Shown here in pieces: positions 48,056-57,289 of a DNA stretch of 64,000 nt; the stretch's first letter is position 1; every line of letters begins with the position of its first letter. The translations under genes and the position numbers were made by a program. The stretch spans positions 5,344,001-5,408,000 of the forward strand of contig OY762069.1 in assembly GCA_963665095.1 (NCBI GenBank), given 5' to 3'. The notes below the pieces were generated by a model. That model was not told the DNA's origin. It saw only the letters and a list, made by a program, of their open reading frames with translations, and did not search any database. Source of the DNA: an uncultured Desulfobacter sp. GTDB lineage: Bacteria; Desulfobacterota; Desulfobacteria; Desulfobacterales; Desulfobacteraceae.

Positions 48056-49732
48056 TTAAGTGTAAGAGGTTCCCCTATCTGTTGGTAACCCAAAGTTTTT
48101 TGCAAATTCCATCCACTCATCATTTGAAGCAATAATTTCAAGGTATTTATTCATATGCATATCTATCAATTCCGTTTTATGGTCATAAGCTTTGTGTGCT
48201 TCTGATAGATAGTAGTGGGCAAACGCTTGTTGAGGATATCTTTTTACGATATTTCCAAGTAGAAGGATTGCTTTTTCAAAGTCGCCAACACGCATGCTGT
48301 AATTGTTCACAAAATTGAGTTCCAGATTCATCATGTAGGCTTGCTTCGTAATGTACTCAGGATTTAGTTCCTTAGTTTGGATTATTGCATGCTTTAGATC
48401 GGCGTCTCTTATATCTTTCGTTATAAGATAGTCATTTTCAGTACAGATTTCATAAAGCCTGCTCCCTTTGAACGGTGTTGCAATACTAATTATTGTCCAA
48501 TCAATACCTAACTCCTTAATCAGCGCAATGGTATCTTCTCTGTCTTTATCTCTTTCTCCAGGCAACCCAATCACAAGTGCGCCCATAACAGATAGTCCAT
48601 GGTTTTTAATAATTTTTACAGCAGTCCTGATGTCTTCAACTGAGAATGGTTTATCAATAATTTCTTTTAACACATACTGAGAACCATGCTCTATTGTCAA
48701 AGGAATTTCATTAACTCCCAGTTTTTTAAACAGGTCTACAATTTCATCATCAATATATGAAGGTGTTACAAGTAAGGTGGATAGGTGAACTTTGTCAGCT
48801 AACTTTAGCATACCTCTGAGAATTTTTTTTGCACGCTTTTGTTTAAGTAAAAATTGGTCATCTTCTATTGTAAGGTGTGTAAGTCCGTACTTGTCTACCA
48901 TATTTTTTACATTTTCAAGCACATACTCTGCACTCATTTGTCTGACCTTTTTCCCATGTACTGATGCGGCCGCACAAAACACACACCTAAAAGGGCACCC
49001 CCTTGTGGTGTGGATTGGCAGATATACAGACTTTTCAGGCTGACTGGAATATATATATGTATTATTATTTATTGCCTGTTTGTAGGAATCAAGATTAACC
49101 AACCCAAAGTCAAGGAAAGGGATTTCATCAAGATTGTTTATAAAAGAAGGCTTTGGTTTCCGGCATTGTTTGATGGATTGTCTGGTTATAAATGAAATAT
49201 GATTTTTCATTACATCATGAAAGTTGTCAGCATTAACCAACTCAAGGAAAGGAATCTCTCCTTCTGAATAACATATTGCATCCAAAGAAGAAGAATCCTC
49301 TAACAGATCCTTGTATTCATTCGTGGCACATGCTCCTCCTGCAATTGTGATTGTTTCAGCATTGATTTTTTTAGCTATACTACAAAAATAATCAATGCTG
49401 TCGTATGTCGGTGTAAATAATGCAGAAATGCCAATAATATCAGGATGAAATCTTTTGAGAATATCAATAGTTATTTTTTCTAATTGGGAAAACCGATAAT
49501 CTATAACATTGAAGTCAACTATTTTTATATCAAGATTATATCTTGCATATTCTTTAATATAAGTCGCAATGGACAAGATACCATATGGCGCAACTGGATT
49601 GGAGATTGCGTTTGAAACTATATCTTTTTTTAGTGCAGGATTTTTATCTGTATAAGAGAGATATTCCTGTCGGAATGTCCTTTTAGGAATAATAAAAAGA
49701 ATCTTTCTTATAGCACTTCTATCTTTGTACAT
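48056..49732 (-). CDS. Cobalamin-binding radical SAM protein (class B methyltransferase-like)
   Basis: PYGILSIATY, PDIIGIS, GGACAT, SEGE, TTRGCPFRCVFCA, EDDQF, IGLPGE, ATPFKGS.LY; TPR-like tail. Confidence 0.9.
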   Translation of the reverse strand: MYKDRSAIRKILFIIPKRTFRQEYLSYTDKNPALKKDIVSNAISNPVAPYGILSIATYIKEYARYNLDIKIVDFNVIDYRFSQLEKITIDILKRFHPDIIGISALFTPTYDSIDYFCSIAKKINAETITIAGGACATNEYKDLLEDSSSLDAICYSEGEIPFLELVNADNFHDVMKNHISFITRQSIKQCRKPKPSFINNLDEIPFLDFGLVNLDSYKQAINNNTYIYSSQPEKSVYLPIHTTRGCPFRCVFCAAASVHGKKVRQMSAEYVLENVKNMVDKYGLTHLTIEDDQFLLKQKRAKKILRGMLKLADKVHLSTLLVTPSYIDDEIVDLFKKLGVNEIPLTIEHGSQYVLKEIIDKPFSVEDIRTAVKIIKNHGLSVMGALVIGLPGERDKDREDTIALIKELGIDWTIISIATPFKGSRLYEICTENDYLITKDIRDADLKHAIIQTKELNPEYITKQAYMMNLELNFVNNYSMRVGDFEKAILLLGNIVKRYPQQAFAHYYLSEAHKAYDHKTELIDMHMNKYLEIIASNDEWMEFAKNFGLPTDRGTSYT

Positions 49733-49824
49733 TTAGCATCTCCTCAGGGCGTCCCAAGAAAAAGGGTCCTGCTCTTTAAACGTCATACTGTGGATTTCGT
49801 GAATCTCATTGCTTGGGACGGTTA

Positions 49825-50826
49825 CTAATATTTTTCTACCAAAGTCTTTGCTTCATTATCCAAAATATCCTCAACTCGGATATTGTATTTAAAATATCGG
49901 CAATTTGAGCAGAGGGGGATATCTTTACGCTTTTTATTTAAATGTTTTTTTCTAAAATTATTGAATGGGATTCCATTCCATATTTCATAAAGACTCTGTT
50001 CATTCACATTTCCGAAGACTACCGTTTCGTTAAAATCTACACAACATGGAATAATATTTCCACTAGGCCCTATTTGCATTACATAAAAAATTTTAGAGCA
50101 TATATCCAAGGAGGGAACATTACCTCCGTATAAGCTTTGCTCATAAGTTGTATCAATAGTATCATAATCAACATGTTTAAACTGTGGAACCACATTTTCG
50201 ACATAAGCCAGGTCACATATATCATCAAATATTTCATGAAATTTATTTTCGGTACAGTCTTCATCGAATGCAATGTTTACAATTTTAATGTAGATTTTAA
50301 AATTTGGTTTTAAGTTGAACAAATACTTTATGTTATCAACCAACTTTTTGAAAACTACATGGGTTTTGGTAATTGCTAAATATTTTTCAGAACTCATTGC
50401 TTCAACGGAAATCGTCAGTTCGTCAAGCCCAGATTCTGCAATTGCATGGGATATATTCGGCTTTAATATTGAACCATTTGTTGTGATCGTAATTTTTTCC
50501 GTAACATTTTTATGCTTTAGATATCTCACCATTTGGGGTAAATCTTTATTTAAAAATGGTTCTCCTATTCCTGTAAGGCCAATACATTTTATTTTGTCCG
50601 GAAATTTTGAAATCTGGGTAACTATTTTTTTGAATAATTCAAAAGTCATTATTTTAGGGGAAAAATTTAATTTCTTTAGTTCATGTGAAGAAATTCCTTG
50701 ATAGCAAAAATTGCAATGAAAATTACACGCTGATGATGGATCAATATAGATTGAAAAGGGTGTGGCGAGGGGGAGAACTTCTGCCAGCTTCACTCTTTTC
50801 TTTAAATCTCTTTTATTTTTATGCAT
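49825..50826 (-). CDS. Radical SAM / Twitch protein, array copy 6
   Basis: LPLATPF, CNFHCNFC, GIGEP, C-x17-C-x44-CxxC. Confidence 0.93.
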   Translation of the reverse strand: MHKNKRDLKKRVKLAEVLPLATPFSIYIDPSSACNFHCNFCYQGISSHELKKLNFSPKIMTFELFKKIVTQISKFPDKIKCIGLTGIGEPFLNKDLPQMVRYLKHKNVTEKITITTNGSILKPNISHAIAESGLDELTISVEAMSSEKYLAITKTHVVFKKLVDNIKYLFNLKPNFKIYIKIVNIAFDEDCTENKFHEIFDDICDLAYVENVVPQFKHVDYDTIDTTYEQSLYGGNVPSLDICSKIFYVMQIGPSGNIIPCCVDFNETVVFGNVNEQSLYEIWNGIPFNNFRKKHLNKKRKDIPLCSNCRYFKYNIRVEDILDNEAKTLVEKY

Positions 50827-50893
50827 CTGCAGCTTTCCCCTTAAGAATTAATAGTATATCCATTTAGGCTTTCTGATTCTGGCATTTTCAGGT

Positions 50894-51895
50894 TTAGGGC
50901 ATCCTCAGTATGATTTCGGGGGCATGATCATCTAATATATCAGATTTTTGTGTACAATGATCCAAGCAGACACATGTCGTGCAAAGGGGATGCTTCTTCC
51001 CTTCTTTTCTAAGATGCTGCCGCCTAAGGTCTGTAAATGCTTTTCCGTTCCATAGCTCAACCAGAGAGTGGGTATTCACATTTCCAAAGACATACTGCTC
51101 CAGGTTATCCACGTTACACATGGTAACGTTTCCGTCCGGACATATATTCAGCATGTAGAAAATTCTGGGGCATACAGATATGGTTGTGGTCTGATTGCCT
51201 AGTATGGTCTTGTTATGTTTGGGAAAAAGTTCCTTATAATTGACCCCTTCATAATAGGGCGTCACGTATTCAATTGAGGCATTGTCACTGATTTCATTGA
51301 AAATGCGATAAAATTTTTTTTCGTCATTCTCATCAAGGGCCGTATTAATAATTTTTACGTAAAGCTTGCACTTCTGCCTATTTTTGTAAAAATGGGCGAT
51401 ATTTTCTATGAGTCTGTCAAAATCAAGATCAATGCCTGCAACACTCTTGTATTTTTCAGAGGATAACCCTTCAATGGAGATACGAAGTTCGTCTAACCCG
51501 GCATCAATGAGCTGATGATTCAAATTCGGATTCAGCATGGATCCATTTGTTGTAATCTGAATGACCTTTGCCACCTCCCTCTTTTGGGCATAGGCAATCA
51601 TCTCCGGCAGGTGGTGATTCAACAACGGTTCGCCATGGGCAAACAAATACATCCGTTTGATCTGCTTTGGAAATTTTTCAACCTCATGGATCGTCTTTTT
51701 AAAAAGTTTCATATCCATGACACCGGGTTTGAATCCCATGGTTTTGAGCTTTGATTTTGCAATGGACTGAAAACAAAAATTACACTTGAAGTTGCAGATA
51801 TTGGCAACGTCTATAATGACAAGGAAAGGCGTGCTTAGGGGGACAACATCGGCAAGCTTTACTCTGGGTTCTGAAAGTTTCCATGATTTGGCCAT
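50894..51895 (-). CDS. Radical SAM / Twitch protein, array copy 5
   Basis: VPLSTPF, CNFKCNFC, AHGEP, C-x17-C-x44-CxxC. Confidence 0.93.
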   Translation of the reverse strand: MAKSWKLSEPRVKLADVVPLSTPFLVIIDVANICNFKCNFCFQSIAKSKLKTMGFKPGVMDMKLFKKTIHEVEKFPKQIKRMYLFAHGEPLLNHHLPEMIAYAQKREVAKVIQITTNGSMLNPNLNHQLIDAGLDELRISIEGLSSEKYKSVAGIDLDFDRLIENIAHFYKNRQKCKLYVKIINTALDENDEKKFYRIFNEISDNASIEYVTPYYEGVNYKELFPKHNKTILGNQTTTISVCPRIFYMLNICPDGNVTMCNVDNLEQYVFGNVNTHSLVELWNGKAFTDLRRQHLRKEGKKHPLCTTCVCLDHCTQKSDILDDHAPEIILRMP

Positions 51896-51902
51896 GGTCT
51901 GG

Positions 51903-52925
51903 TTACCCCTTTTTCATCTTTTCGAGGATCATCTTGGAATTATTATCAAGGATATCTTCATCCCGGATGTTATAAATGAAATACCTGCAGTCATGGCAGA
52001 GTTCAATTTCCCTTCTTCTGCCCAGCAGGTGTTGTTTTCTAAATTCATTAAACCGGCTACTGTTCCATATGTTGTAAAGATCCTTTTTTTCAATATTTCC
52101 AAAAACAACGGTTTCATTATAATCCACACAACATGGGCACACATTCCCGTTTGCTGCTATCTGCATGGCATAAAATATCATGGAACAGACATTAATGGGC
52201 ATGGCCTCCTTACCATATATGGTCTCTTTGTAATTCAAGTTCATTGGTTCATAATCCACAGGTTTGAACTGGGGAATTATTCTCTCCACGTATGCCATGT
52301 CTGAAATCCCGTCGAACAGCACGTGGAAGTCCCTTTGGTCATTGTCACTGTCAAAAGCCATATCTACTATTTTTGCAAATACCAGACACTCCTTTCTATG
52401 CTTATACAGATACCTGATATTGTTCAGTAATTGTTCAAAATTAACCTTTGCTCCGGTGATGCTCTGGTATCCCTCATCAGTCATCGACTCCACAGATATA
52501 ATGAGTTCATCCAGACCGGCATTGACAAGCGCCTCTGACAGTTTCGGATGTAACAGTGAGGCATTTGTCGTAACAACAACCTTATCTGCTACATCCCGAT
52601 CTTTTGTCAGTTTGATCATATCCGGCAGCCTTTTATTTAATAAGGGTTCACCAATTCCGGTAAGTCCGATGCATTTGACCTTTTCAGGAAACTGGCTGAT
52701 CTGCTCTATAATGTTCTCAAATAATCTGTAATCCATGATTCTCGGCTTGAAACCAGATGATTTGAGCATGGCATCATCCAAGGCGTGAAAACAGAATTTG
52801 CATTTGAAATTGCAGGCACTGGCCACATCGATATTGATTTTATATGGTGTTTCCAGCGGCACGACATCTGAAAGGTTGTTCCGATCAAACTGATCCTTAC
52901 GGTTCTTTTTCACTTTTATACCCAA
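51903..52925 (-). CDS. Radical SAM / Twitch protein, array copy 4
   Basis: VPLETPY, CNFKCKFC, GIGEP, VCSMIFY...CPCCVD...CHDC. Confidence 0.93.
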   Translation of the reverse strand: MGIKVKKNRKDQFDRNNLSDVVPLETPYKINIDVASACNFKCKFCFHALDDAMLKSSGFKPRIMDYRLFENIIEQISQFPEKVKCIGLTGIGEPLLNKRLPDMIKLTKDRDVADKVVVTTNASLLHPKLSEALVNAGLDELIISVESMTDEGYQSITGAKVNFEQLLNNIRYLYKHRKECLVFAKIVDMAFDSDNDQRDFHVLFDGISDMAYVERIIPQFKPVDYEPMNLNYKETIYGKEAMPINVCSMIFYAMQIAANGNVCPCCVDYNETVVFGNIEKKDLYNIWNSSRFNEFRKQHLLGRRREIELCHDCRYFIYNIRDEDILDNNSKMILEKMKKG

Positions 52926-53926
52926 TTATTAAACGTTTCAATTAACCTGTCCGATGCGTCATCCAAAAGGTCGGATTCTTGGCTGTCATAATCCGGGGAT
53001 ACACAGGTTCCGCATTTGAAATGATCGAATCTCTTTTTTTTAAGATGCATAATTCTAAACTGATTCAACTGGTTGCCCCGCCAGACATCCCGCAATGCAT
53101 CCCTTTCAACATTCCCCAATAATATTTCCGGTATATAGTCCACAAGGCAGGGGCCGATAGCTCCATTGGAATGAACACACATATTGAAGAAGGGGCGGGT
53201 GCAGACATCAATAGGCCTGCCAAATTTGTTTAACCTTGACCGGTCCAGCACCATGTCCTCATAATTCACACGTTCGAATACCGGTACCACCTGTTCGACA
53301 TAGGCAAAATCACAGATCGGATCAAAAATTTCATGAAACTTTCTTACTTTATGCTCACTTTCCGTATAGGTTACGGTTTTGATAAAAAATTTGCAATTCC
53401 CCTTGTTTTGATAAAAATTCCGGATATTAGCCACAAGTTCACTAAAGTCAATTTCAGTCCCTGTAATTTCTTGATATTCACTCGAACTAACTCCTTCTAT
53501 TGATATCAGTATTTCATCCAGGCCTGCATGAACCAGTTTCCGATTCAGTTCGGGAGAGAATAGGGCGCCGTTGGTGGTAATATATGTTTTTTCTGTGATT
53601 CCCCGCTTTTTGGCCATGGCGACCATTTCTGGCAATTTGGCATTAAGCAGGGGTTCCCCCTTGATAAACAAGGAGAGCATTTTCAGCCGGTCCGGGAATT
53701 CTTCAATTGAATCGAGAATTTTTTCATATAAATCCATCGTCATTATTTTTTTTTCAAACCGGATATCATGCAGGGTAGCCTTGTCTATGGAGTGGTAGCA
53801 GAAATTGCATTTAAAATTGCAGGCAGAAGAAGGATCAACGTAAATAGTGAACGGGGTCTCAAGGGGCAGGGCATCCTTTAGTTGGATACGTTTTGTCAGG
53901 TCACGCCTGTTCTGAATCACGGCCAT
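52916..53926 (-). CDS. Radical SAM / Twitch protein, array copy 3
   Basis: LPLETPF, CNFKCNFC, IKGEP, C-x17-C-x44-CxxC. Confidence 0.93.
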   Translation of the reverse strand: MAVIQNRRDLTKRIQLKDALPLETPFTIYVDPSSACNFKCNFCYHSIDKATLHDIRFEKKIMTMDLYEKILDSIEEFPDRLKMLSLFIKGEPLLNAKLPEMVAMAKKRGITEKTYITTNGALFSPELNRKLVHAGLDEILISIEGVSSSEYQEITGTEIDFSELVANIRNFYQNKGNCKFFIKTVTYTESEHKVRKFHEIFDPICDFAYVEQVVPVFERVNYEDMVLDRSRLNKFGRPIDVCTRPFFNMCVHSNGAIGPCLVDYIPEILLGNVERDALRDVWRGNQLNQFRIMHLKKKRFDHFKCGTCVSPDYDSQESDLLDDASDRLIETFNNWV

Positions 53927-53940
53927 GGTTGCCTTTTTCC

Positions 53941-54945
53941 CTATTCAAAGTGCTTTATCAATTTATCTGCGGCATGATCAATAATATTTTCGTAGATTCC
54001 GCATGCACAGACAGAGATCCAGTTGCAGTCTTTGCAGACCGGGTGAAAATATCTTTTTTTTTTCAACTGCATCACACGGAATTGATTCATTTTCCGGCCC
54101 TTCCAGATATCCACGATGGATTCTTCCAGAATATTGCCGAAATAAATCTGTTTTGTGTAGTCCAGGTGGCAGGCTGTAATATCCCCGTTCCAGTTGACGT
54201 ACATATAATAAAAGGGCAGGTGGCAGACATGAATTTTTTCTTCCGGCGTCTCACCGATATAGTTTTTCTTTATATTTTTGGTATAGTCAACATTTCCATA
54301 AGCATTTGACGCATATTCAACAAAGGCCATATCTGAAATTGGATCAAATATTCTATGGAATGTATCCAGGTCTGTAACCCCGACATCAATAATTTTAGCA
54401 AAAATTTTGCAGTCTTTTCGGTTTTGGTAAAGATGCCTGATATTCTGGACAAGGCGATCAAAGTCTATGGATGTCCCTGTCAGTTCCAAATATTTTTCAG
54501 ATGATAGCCCTTCGATGGAAAGCATCACCTCGTCCAGACCCGAATCAATCAGAGCCATATTGATATCAGGATCAAGAAAAGCCCCATTGGTAAATATGGT
54601 GATTTTTTCTGCGATGTTGTGTTGTTTTGCATATTTGATCATCTCTGGAAGGTCCTTGTTCATCAGGGGCTCTCCAAATCCTGTAAATCGGAAGGCTTTG
54701 ACTTGGGGGGAAAACTTACTGACCTGATCTGCCAGGACTTTAAAGGTCTGACAAGACATGGTACCCGGATTAAACTGATCTTGCTTTAGCGCCTTCATCC
54801 CCCTAGAGTGGAAGCAGAATTTGCATTTAAAATTACAAAAATCAGAACAGGAAATCTGAATTAGATAAGGAGAATCCAAAGGGATCACATCCGCAAGCAT
54901 GTTTTTTTTATTCAGGTCTCTATAATCTTTAACTTCAGCGTCCAT
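53941..54945 (-). CDS. Radical SAM / Twitch protein, array copy 2
   Basis: IPLDSPY, CNFKCKFC, GFGEP, VCHLPFY...TACHLD...CKDC. Confidence 0.93.
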   Translation of the reverse strand: MDAEVKDYRDLNKKNMLADVIPLDSPYLIQISCSDFCNFKCKFCFHSRGMKALKQDQFNPGTMSCQTFKVLADQVSKFSPQVKAFRFTGFGEPLMNKDLPEMIKYAKQHNIAEKITIFTNGAFLDPDINMALIDSGLDEVMLSIEGLSSEKYLELTGTSIDFDRLVQNIRHLYQNRKDCKIFAKIIDVGVTDLDTFHRIFDPISDMAFVEYASNAYGNVDYTKNIKKNYIGETPEEKIHVCHLPFYYMYVNWNGDITACHLDYTKQIYFGNILEESIVDIWKGRKMNQFRVMQLKKKRYFHPVCKDCNWISVCACGIYENIIDHAADKLIKHFE

Positions 54946-54954
54946 TAAAACCAC

Positions 54955-55962
54955 CTATCCTTTATAGTGTTCAAGCAGTTTTGCAGCAGCCTGATCCAGA
55001 ATATCACTTTTGGAGGTGTAGCAGACATTGCCGGCACAAAATGAACAATAGTCGTGGTTCTTCCTCAGGCCTTTCAAATGCATGGTCCTAAACTGATTCA
55101 GCGCTTTTCCCTCCCATATATCAACTAAGCTGTCGCAGGTCACATTGCCCATGACAAGCTTTTCATTATAATCGGCATTGCATACTGAAACATTACCATT
55201 GGGGAAGATATGCATCTGAAAAAAGGGCTGGGGGCAGACCTCAACCTCCACAAACCGATCCCCTATAATGTTCAGTTGATAATCGGATTTGAGTGTTGCG
55301 TAGTCCACCCCTCTGAAACAGGGCACCATATATTCAACAGAGGCCTTATCACAGATAGGGTTAAAGATTTTATGAAACAGTTCTTCATCACCATCATCAT
55401 CCAGAGCATAATCAATAATTTTAACGTATAAAGAGGTGTCTTTTTTGCTGTTATTAAAATATTTTATATTTTCAACGAGTTGATCGAAATCTACCTTGGC
55501 CCCGCATATGGCCTTGTATTTCGGTCCGGAGAGCCCTTCCACAGATACCAGCATTTCATCCAGACCTGCACAAAGAAGCTGGTCTGTGATATCCGGTGTC
55601 AGCAGTGACCCGTTGGTGGAGATGTTTATTTGATCCGCAATGTCAGAGGCTTTGGCATAGCGGATCATTTCCGGCAGATGCTTGTTCATCAAGGCCTCTC
55701 CATGGCGTATAAGGCATAACCGCTTTAGTTTTGAAGGAAATCCCCTGATCTGATCCACGGCTGCCTTAAACAGGTCCATATTCATAAACCCAGGTGAGAA
55801 TCCCAGGGCATCAAGTGTTTTTCTTTTCAAAGAGTGGAAACAAAATTTACACCTGAAATTACAGGCGCTTGCAACATCAATATGGACCACAAAAGGGGTG
55901 TTCAGCGGCAACACATCCGCCAGCACGGATCTTTGGGTCAATCTCCTATGGTTATCTGCCAT
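54955..55962 (-). CDS. Radical SAM / Twitch protein, array copy 1
   Basis: LPLNTPF, CNFRCKFC, RHGEA, VCPQPFF...SVCNAD...CSFC; start MADNH at 55962 (GAAGGA RBS) matches paralog length. Confidence 0.93.
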   Translation of the reverse strand: MADNHRRLTQRSVLADVLPLNTPFVVHIDVASACNFRCKFCFHSLKRKTLDALGFSPGFMNMDLFKAAVDQIRGFPSKLKRLCLIRHGEALMNKHLPEMIRYAKASDIADQINISTNGSLLTPDITDQLLCAGLDEMLVSVEGLSGPKYKAICGAKVDFDQLVENIKYFNNSKKDTSLYVKIIDYALDDDGDEELFHKIFNPICDKASVEYMVPCFRGVDYATLKSDYQLNIIGDRFVEVEVCPQPFFQMHIFPNGNVSVCNADYNEKLVMGNVTCDSLVDIWEGKALNQFRTMHLKGLRKNHDYCSFCAGNVCYTSKSDILDQAAAKLLEHYKG

Positions 55963-56105
55963 GATTTTTGTATCCTTCACGTGCTGCCTGTGCAGTACAC
56001 TGGCATACATTACGATTTCCATTGTGTAATCATGTTGCCGGATATAAGGCTTGCAGCCTAAATTCCTACTATCCACCAACAATGATGTGACATTTTTAAT
56101 TTATG

Positions 56106-57245
56106 CTATGTGCCAGTGACATACAGAATCGTTTCTTGATTAAAATGCTCATATGCCCTTAAATAAAAGCGATAATCCTTGTTTAAACTGCGCAGCAGCA
56201 ACGGTATCTGCCATAAGTGTTCAATATCGTGATACACGGATATGGCCAGGTCCGGTTTGCATCTCTTTATAATATCGGCAGCTCCCTTTATGGCTTCAAT
56301 CTCAGCCCCCTCAATATCCATCTTTATAAATGAAGGATTCCAGTTCAAAAGGATCTCATCCAGTGTTACACATTCCAGGGACATATTGCCTAAATTTGAG
56401 ATATGGGCGTTGTGGCCCTGCGCATGCTCAAAAAAAAGTATTTGGGATGATGACCAGAGTCCCTTTTGATACAAAGAGATACTTTCGGCCATAGAAGATT
56501 TGTTTTGGGTGATATGGGCTTTTAATTGCTTAAAATTTTTGGAATCCGGCTCAAAAGCAACTATTTTTTTTACTTTCCCCACATGGGTAGTCAACGCTTC
56601 TAACGTATCCCCTGTATATGCGCCGCAGTCAATAAAAGAATCATACCCTTTCTGCATTTTGATATCATTGGGAAAATACTGGCCCGGATCAATCTGCGAG
56701 GCGGTGTCATGCTTCCGGGTTACATAGCAGGCAATGCATCGGTGATAAATATCCAGACTTTTTGAATCAGACCAGAGATCTGACACGTTAAGTATGTAAT
56801 CTTTTTCCTTGATCAGGGAGAAGAGTTCCTGACGGTTTGACCAGCACCCGTAGTGCCAGATGCCGTTCATGGACATCCAGTTGACAAAACCATTTTTAGT
56901 TAGAAGGCTGCCCACGGTCTCCTGAATTTCAAGCCGGACGGCGATGAGGACAAAAGTCTGTTTTTTTTCTTCTTGACTGACCTCATACTGATCCAGGCTG
57001 AAAACAGGAATTTGATCTACCTTTTTTAACTTTTCTGCTTTTTTATCGAAAAAGCCCTGGACGATTATGCCGTATTCACCAAGCAGGCGGCAAAGATTGA
57101 CACCCCATCCTCCTGCCCCATAAATAAATATCTTTTTTTTTGACTTCAGTTGGCAGATGATGGCATCAAACTTTTGAACACTTCCGCCAAAAGACTGTTC
57201 TGTGATAAGATGGTTTAATTTTTCTTTTGTTTTTTTTTCGTTCAT
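56106..57245 (-). CDS. FkbM family methyltransferase
   Basis: IYGAG, FIDCGAYTGDT, AFEPD, FIKMDIEGAE, LAISVYH..EHLWQIP. Confidence 0.93.
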   Translation of the reverse strand: MNEKKTKEKLNHLITEQSFGGSVQKFDAIICQLKSKKKIFIYGAGGWGVNLCRLLGEYGIIVQGFFDKKAEKLKKVDQIPVFSLDQYEVSQEEKKQTFVLIAVRLEIQETVGSLLTKNGFVNWMSMNGIWHYGCWSNRQELFSLIKEKDYILNVSDLWSDSKSLDIYHRCIACYVTRKHDTASQIDPGQYFPNDIKMQKGYDSFIDCGAYTGDTLEALTTHVGKVKKIVAFEPDSKNFKQLKAHITQNKSSMAESISLYQKGLWSSSQILFFEHAQGHNAHISNLGNMSLECVTLDEILLNWNPSFIKMDIEGAEIEAIKGAADIIKRCKPDLAISVYHDIEHLWQIPLLLRSLNKDYRFYLRAYEHFNQETILYVTGT

Positions 57246-57289
57246 GTCTTTACGTTAGTTCTCAGAATATCGGCGCCATAAATTAAGTT

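Noticed and set aside
45817..55962. Integron-like cassette array
   Set aside because: No repeated attC-like spacer or integrase seen; several genes overlap or abut (0-14 nt gaps) like an operon.
45817..55962. Assembly artefact duplicating one gene
   Set aside because: Copies differ throughout at protein level and in base composition.
42048..56105. RiPP (ranthipeptide/sactipeptide) cluster explanation for the radical SAM array
   Set aside because: Spacers were read by hand and hold no credible precursor ORF. The enzymes lack an RRE-sized N-terminal domain and have only four conserved auxiliary Cys. No peptidase or transporter is present; neighbours are sugar enzymes.
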